Positions 19,583 to 30,340 are shown, counted from the first letter of the stretch. The stretch: 49,890 nucleotides of DNA from Corallochytrium limacisporum Hawaii (GCA_002811645.1 PDIP01000068.1:1-49890), one strand, 5' to 3'. The notes: a model not told the origin generated them from the sequence alone. Numbers and translations are program-made.

Positions 19583-20381
19583 CTAGTAGCGTCCCAAGGG
19601 CTTCTTGCCTTCCATTTCGTCAATCTCGTCCAGGTCTGCCAAAACCTGGTTCAGTCTTGCTTGGAGCTCATTTTTGTACGGATCGTCACCAAGCTTTTGT
19701 AACGACAAAAGGCGGAGTGTGGAATCCAAACCCCGCTGAAATCGAGTCTCTTCCTGGGGCAATTCCGGAAGCGCACCATAGCGGCGGACAATCTCCTCCT
19801 CGGCGGCTCGTCGTGCGCGGAGTTCTTGCAAGTACTGATTACCATACTCTCCGGCAGTGGCAGTCAAGCCACCCATTGCTCCCATCGCTACCCTTGCTGT
19901 CCTCGCTTTCACTGCACAAAAAGAAGAATGCCATTAATTAAAGAAATCAGTTAGTATTGCCAATTGAACTGTGGGCATTAGTTTGACACGTCCATTCATA
20001 CTTACTCCCGATGAGAACAGAGAGCAGAAGTCCTGTAATGGCTCCAGAAACTGAACTGGAGAGATACGGCGACTGTTCCCTGTCCTGAGCACGGATGAGG
20101 CCGTTCCGGACCCCAACAAAAGTCGAAACCAGGGCACCAAATCCAACTGAGCCATTCGCAGCCGCCCGGGCCAGGCTTACGGTTGGACTCCATTGCCCGT
20201 ACATTACTCCACACACGCCACCGAGAACAGCACTGCTTGCGACCAAAATGACCTCATCCGGAATTTTGATCGGTTCAAGGACTTCTTGTGTACTTGAATC
20301 CTTGTGCTCCTCTGTGGAGGCCATTTTGTCCGAAAGCAATCTGTCCCTTTCCGCCTTCGTTAACTTTTGGTAACCGCCCAT
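19583..20381 (-). CDS. Tim17/22/23-family-like membrane protein with C-terminal coiled coil; exons 20381-20006 and 19911-19583, about 234 aa (alternative ATG at 20324)
   Basis: A phase-1 intron joins two track ORFs in frame (..LLSVLIG-M-KARTARV..). Four Gly/Ala-rich hydrophobic segments (AVLGGVCGVMYG; GSVGFGALVSTFVGVR; SSSVSGAITGLLLS; VAMGAMGGLTATAG), as in the Tim17 family. Confidence 0.72.
19912..20005 (-). other. Spliceosomal intron in the Tim17-like gene (94 nt)
   Basis: On the mirror (+) copy: GTAAGT at 29886, perfect TACTAAC at 29935-29941, TTTTTGTGCAG acceptor ending at 29979; the splice is in frame. Confidence 0.92.
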
Positions 20382-20828
20382 GGTACTCCCGTCCACATGA
20401 CCACCAGTAGTTCTCATCAAAATGAACAAACCGGTCCACTTCCTTAGTAAAAGTAAATAGATCAGTTCATATATTTGTAATTTCTGAAATACCACGAACC
20501 AAATGGGAAGGCATTCCAGCGAGAGCACGCCGCAGTGCCCTTTTGCGGAAAACCAACCAGCAAACCACACAATAGTCCCTGCTGCCCCACCCCCCACCTC
20601 CTCCCTACGCAGATCTGAGGAATCCCAGTCGGAACCCGGAGTGGACGGGCAGCAACATGTGCGCGATAGGGCTAGGTTTTTGAAGAGCGTCACCAATTCG
20701 TACACTATGCTGGGCATGGAGGTGAACATCCTGATTTGAAATTGTTCTTCATTAAACAAAACGGTCCATCTGTGATACAAAGTATTAGCAATGTTTTGAT
20801 GTAGTATAGTCGCTGAAGAAGGACAATC

Positions 20829-21668
20829 ATGAACGGTAGCATTGCATTTGGGCTGCGGCTATCACTCCAAGGTGTAGTAAAACGAGGTCAGTTCGTGTGC
20901 AATACCAAGTCAATTTTACAGCGCGGGGGGGCCTTGTCACAGACAGCGTTCCGGCCTCGGATCACGCAGATCTCCTTTACCAACCGTCACACTCGGCTCA
21001 TCTCGACCTTCAGTAGCCTGAGAAACAGTTCTGGTGTAGATGACCAGCCAAAGAAGAAGAAGCTGCCCACCGAGAACATCTACAATCTTCCTAACGCCTT
21101 AGCCTTCAGTCGAGTGCTCATGACTCCCTTTATTAGTTACGATGTTCTTCAAGGCAACTACGGACGGGCGCTCTGCACACTCTTCGTGGCTGGCCTCACG
21201 GATATTCTAGATGGCTGGACGGCTCGTAGATTTGGAATGGAGACAACCTTTGGCACTGCTATGGACCCTATGGCCGACAAATTCTTAATCGGTACAACAG
21301 CATGCACCCTTGTGTACTCGGGGTTGCTGCCCACCTGGTTGTTTAGCCTCATCATTTTGCGCGACTCGCTCCTGCTGGCGGTCGGCTTCACGATGCGTTG
21401 GCGCAATCTGCCAGAGCCATCGCTCAAGAACTGGTTGGACGCGCGTCAAGCTGCAGTAAAGTTCAGTCCGACTGCACTGTCTAAGACCAATACGTTCCTT
21501 CAGGGTACTCTATTCTTGGCCTGCATTGCGGCACCGTGGTATGGCATTGAATCGCACTCTGTTCTGACTGGTCTTCAGTACGTGGTGGCTTGTACGACTG
21601 TTACATCAGGGTTTGAGTATCTGTTGAGTAAGGACACGGTCAAATTCATTGACCAACAGGACGCATGA
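20829..21668 (+). CDS. CRLS1: Cardiolipin synthase (CDP-alcohol phosphatidyltransferase type), mitochondrial (279 aa)
   Basis: ENIYNLPNAL..SR, CDP-AP motif TDILDGWTARR...FGTAMDPMADK, and PT.LSK.NT.LQ; Arg/Ser-rich presequence. Confidence 0.92.
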   Translation: MNGSIAFGLRLSLQGVVKRGQFVCNTKSILQRGGALSQTAFRPRITQISFTNRHTRLISTFSSLRNSSGVDDQPKKKKLPTENIYNLPNALAFSRVLMTPFISYDVLQGNYGRALCTLFVAGLTDILDGWTARRFGMETTFGTAMDPMADKFLIGTTACTLVYSGLLPTWLFSLIILRDSLLLAVGFTMRWRNLPEPSLKNWLDARQAAVKFSPTALSKTNTFLQGTLFLACIAAPWYGIESHSVLTGLQYVVACTTVTSGFEYLLSKDTVKFIDQQDA

Positions 21669-21807
21669 ACTCATTTAACAAAGTACGATAGTAGATCACT
21701 AAAAACGACTTCATACTGAACGATGTAATTGCTTCTTAATCGCATACTTTCAAGCATGGCATGCATTATGTGTTGTTTGTCCTTGCCTTTAACAAAAGAC
21801 ACTCAAT

Positions 21808-23184
21808 CTAGATGAACGTCTGTTGGAAGGCAATATCCTCAATATATGGTGACAGGCAGAACGATGTGAGGAAGTAGAAAAGGATACCCAGACCAATAGA
21901 AATGGGCAAAGCAGGCAGGGCACGCTTGTAAATGGCCAGCAGCAAAAGAGTCAGGACAAGACCTACCAAAATGGCAATGAAGCAAGCAATCACAGTAATC
22001 CAGTCCCGGATAGTAGCAGACTTGCCGACCAGCACACTATAGAAAATAAAGTCACCCAGACCCAGCTTTACACCGCCACGTTCCTCTTCTTCGTCCTCCT
22101 CTTCTGCAACGGCAGCACTTGGACGGGAAGGTGTCTGTCCCCGTGACAGCAGATTCGCACCGCTGTTGTCGCTTACTGCGTCCCCCATGTCGTCGTTGAA
22201 ACCCTGCTTGGCGGCCACACGAGCCACAACATCCGACGGCCGCTCTGAATCTACCCCCTTGAAAAGACTGTCACCACTTGATGCCCGTCCGTTCTCAGCA
22301 TCTTGTTCAGTAGGCTCATCCTGGCTATCTTCCTCCTCACCACCTCCGGCAGCCATACCAGCCATCATATAGGGAAAGGCCATCGCAGAGGAGTAGACCA
22401 GGGAAGGTAGCAAGGGCTCGTTGCGCTCCTGAGCGGTCTTGACCAGAACCTGCAAGGGACCTGAAGGGCACAAGACAGCAAACAAATCATAAATAGCGAT
22501 GGCAGCTAGCAAAACCCAGGTAGTCCACGACGGCAAGTACTTGATAAGGGTCAGGGCCAATAAAGCAGACACAATAATTAGATATGCCTGTTGAATCCTG
22601 AGTGGAGCAGTCCAGTGCACAGCCAAAACGCCCATGAAGACAAAGTTCCAGAAAGTGATGGCAAATGTGATATAGTCCATGGCTAGATTGTACTTATCAA
22701 GAATTTGATCGAAGTAGGTGTAGCCGAACAGGAACAGTAACAAAGTAGTTGACGCGATCAACCAACCCTGAATAATCTTGTAGCACCGGTATTTGTACAA
22801 AACAACCAGAAGGCAAGTCATGGCCAGCACGACTCCCACAATGATAAGGGCATTTACCACAGCACCTCCAAACCTTGCCGCATTCGACTCCGAACCATCC
22901 TCTGTATAAGCAATGTAGACGAGGGTCTGACTAGGATCCTCTTCCCCGTAGTAAGTAATGGACCGAATTGAGGCCACCACAAGGGCCATGCAAATGCTGA
23001 CCGGGATGACCAGAGCCAGCACAGCCTCAGCACCGTCTTTCACTGCCGCTGACTGAAAAGTTCGCTCACGCGGCCGGCGCTGTGGAGGAGGACTTCCCTC
23101 AACGGGTTCTGCAGTAGGAACAGGGGCCGCAGCCGGAGCAGGAACAGGATTCCTGTTCGGGGTGAAGCTGCGATCCTCTGCCAT
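21808..23184 (-). CDS. PSEN: Presenilin (gamma-secretase catalytic subunit), 458 aa
   Basis: Catalytic IYDLFAVL and KLGLGDFIFYS (GxGD), PALPISI, YKYRCYK and AQERNEP; acidic cytosolic loop; intronless CDS. Confidence 0.97.
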   Translation of the reverse strand: MAEDRSFTPNRNPVPAPAAAPVPTAEPVEGSPPPQRRPRERTFQSAAVKDGAEAVLALVIPVSICMALVVASIRSITYYGEEDPSQTLVYIAYTEDGSESNAARFGGAVVNALIIVGVVLAMTCLLVVLYKYRCYKIIQGWLIASTTLLLFLFGYTYFDQILDKYNLAMDYITFAITFWNFVFMGVLAVHWTAPLRIQQAYLIIVSALLALTLIKYLPSWTTWVLLAAIAIYDLFAVLCPSGPLQVLVKTAQERNEPLLPSLVYSSAMAFPYMMAGMAAGGGEEEDSQDEPTEQDAENGRASSGDSLFKGVDSERPSDVVARVAAKQGFNDDMGDAVSDNSGANLLSRGQTPSRPSAAVAEEEDEEEERGGVKLGLGDFIFYSVLVGKSATIRDWITVIACFIAILVGLVLTLLLLAIYKRALPALPISIGLGILFYFLTSFCLSPYIEDIAFQQTFI

Positions 23185-23211
23185 TGTTGTTTAGGAGAGG
23201 ATTCTGTAGAC

Positions 23212-23326
23212 CTGAATGGGAAATAAGTAATTTAGGAGCTGTTAGCAACCCTAAGCTCTCTGGTAGTTGGTCTCCGTTATGAAGGAGGCCATTGGTAATT
23301 TGCTGTTTCCAGTTTCTCTCTCATAC
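23212..23326 (-). other. Probable 5'-UTR intron of presenilin (115 nt)
   Basis: On the mirror copy: AAG|GTATGA donor at 26565, branch-like TGCTAAC near 26644-26650, TTTCCCATTCAG acceptor ending at 26679. A TAA in frame with the ATG lies between acceptor and start, so the upstream exon would be non-coding. Confidence 0.55.
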
Positions 23327-24937
23327 CTTGAGGTTTCTAACACAACTTCCTTTTTTTTCGATTGCTAACCGTTCTCGGGCTCACAAACTACTTGGGCACT
23401 GCAATGGAAGAATGCACAGAATTCAATGCCACCGTCTCTTGATCCCCGGACATTGTTCGCTCTGTTTCACTCACTCTGTGCGAATGTAGTAGAGAGGCTC
23501 GTTCTAATTACTCCTACACCTTCGGAGGTCTGCTCGGCTCGGTCTCGTCCCCATACTTTAACAATGGAAGCTCGTTTGCTTACACCCCTTCCCTCATTAA
23601 AGAAGAACGGGCCCTAATTCACAGACCCAGGCCATTGGCTCATTTGGAGTGTTGCCTCGAGAGCGAAAGAATGTTACGGGAGACCGGAGAACCTGAGAAC
23701 AAGAAGGAACGGCCATTTCTACGGGAGGCAGGTGAAGTCACAGTACATTATGTACTGCGACCACCGACGGTAACAACGGTTTTACCCGTTTGAGGCTGTC
23801 TGTGTCTATCGATGCAGGGAATCGGTGTTCCACCCTTCGGGTGTTGCTCCACTGCGTGGGTCCGACACTGCTGAGAAAAAGCGATTATTACACCGACCAG
23901 GGCCACCCCGTGCCCACTGAAATTTGACCGAAACACAATGAAGGCGACTGACGGACCAAAACAGGGCAAGTCCGAATCATAGGGGCAAAAGTTCTCTTCC
24001 TTTTTTTTTTTCTCTCTCTCCCTCTCTCAGCTGTGTGCGTTGGCAGAAAAACGGAAGGGGGAGGGGGGAGAGGTGCTGAGGGTGCACTCAGCTACTCATC
24101 GCTGCTTCTTGATTCCCCCCCCCCTTCCCCACAGCTTCTTTGACCATTTTGCAATGCTCTATTGCCTTTGCTGGCTCTGGCCTAGCAACAGGAAGCACCT
24201 CCCTTTTTTCCATTGTCTCATTCTTAAACTTTTTTCCTTGACTTTTTTTACCTTGACTCCCCTACTTTCTGTTCAATACTCTCCCCTCCCCACCTTCCCT
24301 TCTGGAATGAGCAATATTGAAACCAACGACTGCGGCTGGGTTATCTCCGTTTCACCTCTGCGCCGGGGACCATGCCGATAGCCACAGTTCCAGACGACGC
24401 CACCATTGCTTGCACTTTCTCTATCATTGTACGAAGCTGGTGAAACATTCAGTTGAAAACATATTGTACCCCTACAATGATTCAGTGGAAAATGAGGCAA
24501 GACCATTCCTTTGAACAACAGCGGCAGCATTACCAGTAAGAACTACTCAGAGAAGCAAAGACGAGGCCGAAGGAGCAAAAAAAAACTCAAGAGTATAGTG
24601 ACAGCAACGGCGAGATAGCCTTTTCCGGTCATTGGTACGTGCCGGACAGATGGCAGCACCAAACACTTCCACTTCCACGGGCCGCTCTGCGTCTGGTCCG
24701 GTCCGAAAGGGAATAGTTTTTCTCCCGCAGTACACACTGCTGCTCACCTACTACGCTCGCCAGCATTCCCCGGGTTCTTTGGGTGGTGGACCGGACCGAT
24801 CCCTCGCTCTCTCCCCGTCAACCTCAATACCCCCCTAGAAGTTCAGCACCTGGCAAACTGGGGAAGCGAATCCATCGGCGCCGGCTCCTCCCCTCGCTGT
24901 GGCGGCCAACCAAGCAGCTCTATTCTGTCTCTCCTCT

Positions 24938-24953
24938 CCCCCCCCGGGGGGGG
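24938..24953. other. Symmetry centre: C8G8 with zero-length spacer
   Basis: Read directly as ctcctct-cccccccc|gggggggg-agaggag; axis between 24945 and 24946. Confidence 0.97.
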
Positions 24954-26706
24954 AGAGGAGAGACAGAATAGAGCTGCTTGGTTGGCCGCCACAGCGAGGG
25001 GAGGAGCCGGCGCCGATGGATTCGCTTCCCCAGTTTGCCAGGTGCTGAACTTCTAGGGGGGTATTGAGGTTGACGGGGAGAGAGCGAGGGATCGGTCCGG
25101 TCCACCACCCAAAGAACCCGGGGAATGCTGGCGAGCGTAGTAGGTGAGCAGCAGTGTGTACTGCGGGAGAAAAACTATTCCCTTTCGGACCGGACCAGAC
25201 GCAGAGCGGCCCGTGGAAGTGGAAGTGTTTGGTGCTGCCATCTGTCCGGCACGTACCAATGACCGGAAAAGGCTATCTCGCCGTTGCTGTCACTATACTC
25301 TTGAGTTTTTTTTTGCTCCTTCGGCCTCGTCTTTGCTTCTCTGAGTAGTTCTTACTGGTAATGCTGCCGCTGTTGTTCAAAGGAATGGTCTTGCCTCATT
25401 TTCCACTGAATCATTGTAGGGGTACAATATGTTTTCAACTGAATGTTTCACCAGCTTCGTACAATGATAGAGAAAGTGCAAGCAATGGTGGCGTCGTCTG
25501 GAACTGTGGCTATCGGCATGGTCCCCGGCGCAGAGGTGAAACGGAGATAACCCAGCCGCAGTCGTTGGTTTCAATATTGCTCATTCCAGAAGGGAAGGTG
25601 GGGAGGGGAGAGTATTGAACAGAAAGTAGGGGAGTCAAGGTAAAAAAAGTCAAGGAAAAAAGTTTAAGAATGAGACAATGGAAAAAAGGGAGGTGCTTCC
25701 TGTTGCTAGGCCAGAGCCAGCAAAGGCAATAGAGCATTGCAAAATGGTCAAAGAAGCTGTGGGGAAGGGGGGGGGGAATCAAGAAGCAGCGATGAGTAGC
25801 TGAGTGCACCCTCAGCACCTCTCCCCCCTCCCCCTTCCGTTTTTCTGCCAACGCACACAGCTGAGAGAGGGAGAGAGAGAAAAAAAAAAAGGAAGAGAAC
25901 TTTTGCCCCTATGATTCGGACTTGCCCTGTTTTGGTCCGTCAGTCGCCTTCATTGTGTTTCGGTCAAATTTCAGTGGGCACGGGGTGGCCCTGGTCGGTG
26001 TAATAATCGCTTTTTCTCAGCAGTGTCGGACCCACGCAGTGGAGCAACACCCGAAGGGTGGAACACCGATTCCCTGCATCGATAGACACAGACAGCCTCA
26101 AACGGGTAAAACCGTTGTTACCGTCGGTGGTCGCAGTACATAATGTACTGTGACTTCACCTGCCTCCCGTAGAAATGGCCGTTCCTTCTTGTTCTCAGGT
26201 TCTCCGGTCTCCCGTAACATTCTTTCGCTCTCGAGGCAACACTCCAAATGAGCCAATGGCCTGGGTCTGTGAATTAGGGCCCGTTCTTCTTTAATGAGGG
26301 AAGGGGTGTAAGCAAACGAGCTTCCATTGTTAAAGTATGGGGACGAGACCGAGCCGAGCAGACCTCCGAAGGTGTAGGAGTAATTAGAACGAGCCTCTCT
26401 ACTACATTCGCACAGAGTGAGTGAAACAGAGCGAACAATGTCCGGGGATCAAGAGACGGTGGCATTGAATTCTGTGCATTCTTCCATTGCAGTGCCCAAG
26501 TAGTTTGTGAGCCCGAGAACGGTTAGCAATCGAAAAAAAAGGAAGTTGTGTTAGAAACCTCAAGGTATGAGAGAGAAACTGGAAACAGCAAATTACCAAT
26601 GGCCTCCTTCATAACGGAGACCAACTACCAGAGAGCTTAGGGTTGCTAACAGCTCCTAAATTACTTATTTCCCATTCAGGTCTACAGAATCCTCTCCTAA
26701 ACAACA

Positions 26707-28083
26707 ATGGCAGAGGATCGCAGCTTCACCCCGAACAGGAATCCTGTTCCTGCTCCGGCTGCGGCCCCTGTTCCTACTGCAGAACCCGTTGAGGGAAGTC
26801 CTCCTCCACAGCGCCGGCCGCGTGAGCGAACTTTTCAGTCAGCGGCAGTGAAAGACGGTGCTGAGGCTGTGCTGGCTCTGGTCATCCCGGTCAGCATTTG
26901 CATGGCCCTTGTGGTGGCCTCAATTCGGTCCATTACTTACTACGGGGAAGAGGATCCTAGTCAGACCCTCGTCTACATTGCTTATACAGAGGATGGTTCG
27001 GAGTCGAATGCGGCAAGGTTTGGAGGTGCTGTGGTAAATGCCCTTATCATTGTGGGAGTCGTGCTGGCCATGACTTGCCTTCTGGTTGTTTTGTACAAAT
27101 ACCGGTGCTACAAGATTATTCAGGGTTGGTTGATCGCGTCAACTACTTTGTTACTGTTCCTGTTCGGCTACACCTACTTCGATCAAATTCTTGATAAGTA
27201 CAATCTAGCCATGGACTATATCACATTTGCCATCACTTTCTGGAACTTTGTCTTCATGGGCGTTTTGGCTGTGCACTGGACTGCTCCACTCAGGATTCAA
27301 CAGGCATATCTAATTATTGTGTCTGCTTTATTGGCCCTGACCCTTATCAAGTACTTGCCGTCGTGGACTACCTGGGTTTTGCTAGCTGCCATCGCTATTT
27401 ATGATTTGTTTGCTGTCTTGTGCCCTTCAGGTCCCTTGCAGGTTCTGGTCAAGACCGCTCAGGAGCGCAACGAGCCCTTGCTACCTTCCCTGGTCTACTC
27501 CTCTGCGATGGCCTTTCCCTATATGATGGCTGGTATGGCTGCCGGAGGTGGTGAGGAGGAAGATAGCCAGGATGAGCCTACTGAACAAGATGCTGAGAAC
27601 GGACGGGCATCAAGTGGTGACAGTCTTTTCAAGGGGGTAGATTCAGAGCGGCCGTCGGATGTTGTGGCTCGTGTGGCCGCCAAGCAGGGTTTCAACGACG
27701 ACATGGGGGACGCAGTAAGCGACAACAGCGGTGCGAATCTGCTGTCACGGGGACAGACACCTTCCCGTCCAAGTGCTGCCGTTGCAGAAGAGGAGGACGA
27801 AGAAGAGGAACGTGGCGGTGTAAAGCTGGGTCTGGGTGACTTTATTTTCTATAGTGTGCTGGTCGGCAAGTCTGCTACTATCCGGGACTGGATTACTGTG
27901 ATTGCTTGCTTCATTGCCATTTTGGTAGGTCTTGTCCTGACTCTTTTGCTGCTGGCCATTTACAAGCGTGCCCTGCCTGCTTTGCCCATTTCTATTGGTC
28001 TGGGTATCCTTTTCTACTTCCTCACATCGTTCTGCCTGTCACCATATATTGAGGATATTGCCTTCCAACAGACGTTCATCTAG
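26707..28083 (+). CDS. PSEN: Presenilin (mirror copy)
   Basis: Identical translation to 21808..23184. Confidence 0.95.
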   Translation: MAEDRSFTPNRNPVPAPAAAPVPTAEPVEGSPPPQRRPRERTFQSAAVKDGAEAVLALVIPVSICMALVVASIRSITYYGEEDPSQTLVYIAYTEDGSESNAARFGGAVVNALIIVGVVLAMTCLLVVLYKYRCYKIIQGWLIASTTLLLFLFGYTYFDQILDKYNLAMDYITFAITFWNFVFMGVLAVHWTAPLRIQQAYLIIVSALLALTLIKYLPSWTTWVLLAAIAIYDLFAVLCPSGPLQVLVKTAQERNEPLLPSLVYSSAMAFPYMMAGMAAGGGEEEDSQDEPTEQDAENGRASSGDSLFKGVDSERPSDVVARVAAKQGFNDDMGDAVSDNSGANLLSRGQTPSRPSAAVAEEEDEEEERGGVKLGLGDFIFYSVLVGKSATIRDWITVIACFIAILVGLVLTLLLLAIYKRALPALPISIGLGILFYFLTSFCLSPYIEDIAFQQTFI

Positions 28084-28222
28084 ATTGAGTGTCTTTTGTT
28101 AAAGGCAAGGACAAACAACACATAATGCATGCCATGCTTGAAAGTATGCGATTAAGAAGCAATTACATCGTTCAGTATGAAGTCGTTTTTAGTGATCTAC
28201 TATCGTACTTTGTTAAATGAGT

Positions 28223-29062
28223 TCATGCGTCCTGTTGGTCAATGAATTTGACCGTGTCCTTACTCAACAGATACTCAAACCCTGATGTAACAGTCGTACA
28301 AGCCACCACGTACTGAAGACCAGTCAGAACAGAGTGCGATTCAATGCCATACCACGGTGCCGCAATGCAGGCCAAGAATAGAGTACCCTGAAGGAACGTA
28401 TTGGTCTTAGACAGTGCAGTCGGACTGAACTTTACTGCAGCTTGACGCGCGTCCAACCAGTTCTTGAGCGATGGCTCTGGCAGATTGCGCCAACGCATCG
28501 TGAAGCCGACCGCCAGCAGGAGCGAGTCGCGCAAAATGATGAGGCTAAACAACCAGGTGGGCAGCAACCCCGAGTACACAAGGGTGCATGCTGTTGTACC
28601 GATTAAGAATTTGTCGGCCATAGGGTCCATAGCAGTGCCAAAGGTTGTCTCCATTCCAAATCTACGAGCCGTCCAGCCATCTAGAATATCCGTGAGGCCA
28701 GCCACGAAGAGTGTGCAGAGCGCCCGTCCGTAGTTGCCTTGAAGAACATCGTAACTAATAAAGGGAGTCATGAGCACTCGACTGAAGGCTAAGGCGTTAG
28801 GAAGATTGTAGATGTTCTCGGTGGGCAGCTTCTTCTTCTTTGGCTGGTCATCTACACCAGAACTGTTTCTCAGGCTACTGAAGGTCGAGATGAGCCGAGT
28901 GTGACGGTTGGTAAAGGAGATCTGCGTGATCCGAGGCCGGAACGCTGTCTGTGACAAGGCCCCCCCGCGCTGTAAAATTGACTTGGTATTGCACACGAAC
29001 TGACCTCGTTTTACTACACCTTGGAGTGATAGCCGCAGCCCAAATGCAATGCTACCGTTCAT
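28223..29062 (-). CDS. CRLS1: Cardiolipin synthase (mirror copy)
   Basis: Identical translation to 20829..21668. Confidence 0.9.
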   Translation of the reverse strand: MNGSIAFGLRLSLQGVVKRGQFVCNTKSILQRGGALSQTAFRPRITQISFTNRHTRLISTFSSLRNSSGVDDQPKKKKLPTENIYNLPNALAFSRVLMTPFISYDVLQGNYGRALCTLFVAGLTDILDGWTARRFGMETTFGTAMDPMADKFLIGTTACTLVYSGLLPTWLFSLIILRDSLLLAVGFTMRWRNLPEPSLKNWLDARQAAVKFSPTALSKTNTFLQGTLFLACIAAPWYGIESHSVLTGLQYVVACTTVTSGFEYLLSKDTVKFIDQQDA

Positions 29063-29509
29063 GATTGTCCTTCTTCAGCGACTATACTACATCAAAACAT
29101 TGCTAATACTTTGTATCACAGATGGACCGTTTTGTTTAATGAAGAACAATTTCAAATCAGGATGTTCACCTCCATGCCCAGCATAGTGTACGAATTGGTG
29201 ACGCTCTTCAAAAACCTAGCCCTATCGCGCACATGTTGCTGCCCGTCCACTCCGGGTTCCGACTGGGATTCCTCAGATCTGCGTAGGGAGGAGGTGGGGG
29301 GTGGGGCAGCAGGGACTATTGTGTGGTTTGCTGGTTGGTTTTCCGCAAAAGGGCACTGCGGCGTGCTCTCGCTGGAATGCCTTCCCATTTGGTTCGTGGT
29401 ATTTCAGAAATTACAAATATATGAACTGATCTATTTACTTTTACTAAGGAAGTGGACCGGTTTGTTCATTTTGATGAGAACTACTGGTGGTCATGTGGAC
29501 GGGAGTACC

Positions 29510-30308
29510 ATGGGCGGTTACCAAAAGTTAACGAAGGCGGAAAGGGACAGATTGCTTTCGGACAAAATGGCCTCCACAGAGGAGCACAAGGATTCAAGTA
29601 CACAAGAAGTCCTTGAACCGATCAAAATTCCGGATGAGGTCATTTTGGTCGCAAGCAGTGCTGTTCTCGGTGGCGTGTGTGGAGTAATGTACGGGCAATG
29701 GAGTCCAACCGTAAGCCTGGCCCGGGCGGCTGCGAATGGCTCAGTTGGATTTGGTGCCCTGGTTTCGACTTTTGTTGGGGTCCGGAACGGCCTCATCCGT
29801 GCTCAGGACAGGGAACAGTCGCCGTATCTCTCCAGTTCAGTTTCTGGAGCCATTACAGGACTTCTGCTCTCTGTTCTCATCGGGAGTAAGTATGAATGGA
29901 CGTGTCAAACTAATGCCCACAGTTCAATTGGCAATACTAACTGATTTCTTTAATTAATGGCATTCTTCTTTTTGTGCAGTGAAAGCGAGGACAGCAAGGG
30001 TAGCGATGGGAGCAATGGGTGGCTTGACTGCCACTGCCGGAGAGTATGGTAATCAGTACTTGCAAGAACTCCGCGCACGACGAGCCGCCGAGGAGGAGAT
30101 TGTCCGCCGCTATGGTGCGCTTCCGGAATTGCCCCAGGAAGAGACTCGATTTCAGCGGGGTTTGGATTCCACACTCCGCCTTTTGTCGTTACAAAAGCTT
30201 GGTGACGATCCGTACAAAAATGAGCTCCAAGCAAGACTGAACCAGGTTTTGGCAGACCTGGACGAGATTGACGAAATGGAAGGCAAGAAGCCCTTGGGAC
30301 GCTACTAG
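29510..30308 (+). CDS. Tim17-family-like membrane protein (mirror copy; exons 29510-29885 and 29980-30308)
   Basis: Mirror of 19583..20381; GTAAGT..TACTAAC..CAG intron at 29886-29979. Confidence 0.72.
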
Positions 30309-30340
30309 CTCGTAATTAACTACAAATGTTTTCATACCAT

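Noticed and set aside
20382-20780. N-terminal 130+ aa of the 277-aa track ORF 19947..20780
   Set aside because: Starts at TTG and runs through the GC-rich divergent upstream region shared with CRLS1; the composition is not protein-like.
24695-24797. GGTCCGGTCC / GGACCGGACC 10-bp inverted pair near the palindrome centre
   Set aside because: Short and GC-rich, within chance expectation, with no evidence linking it to the fold.
24783-25108. 62-aa ORFs crossing the symmetry axis on both strands
   Set aside because: Short, non-ATG starts and no motifs; their C-termini are created by the fold itself.
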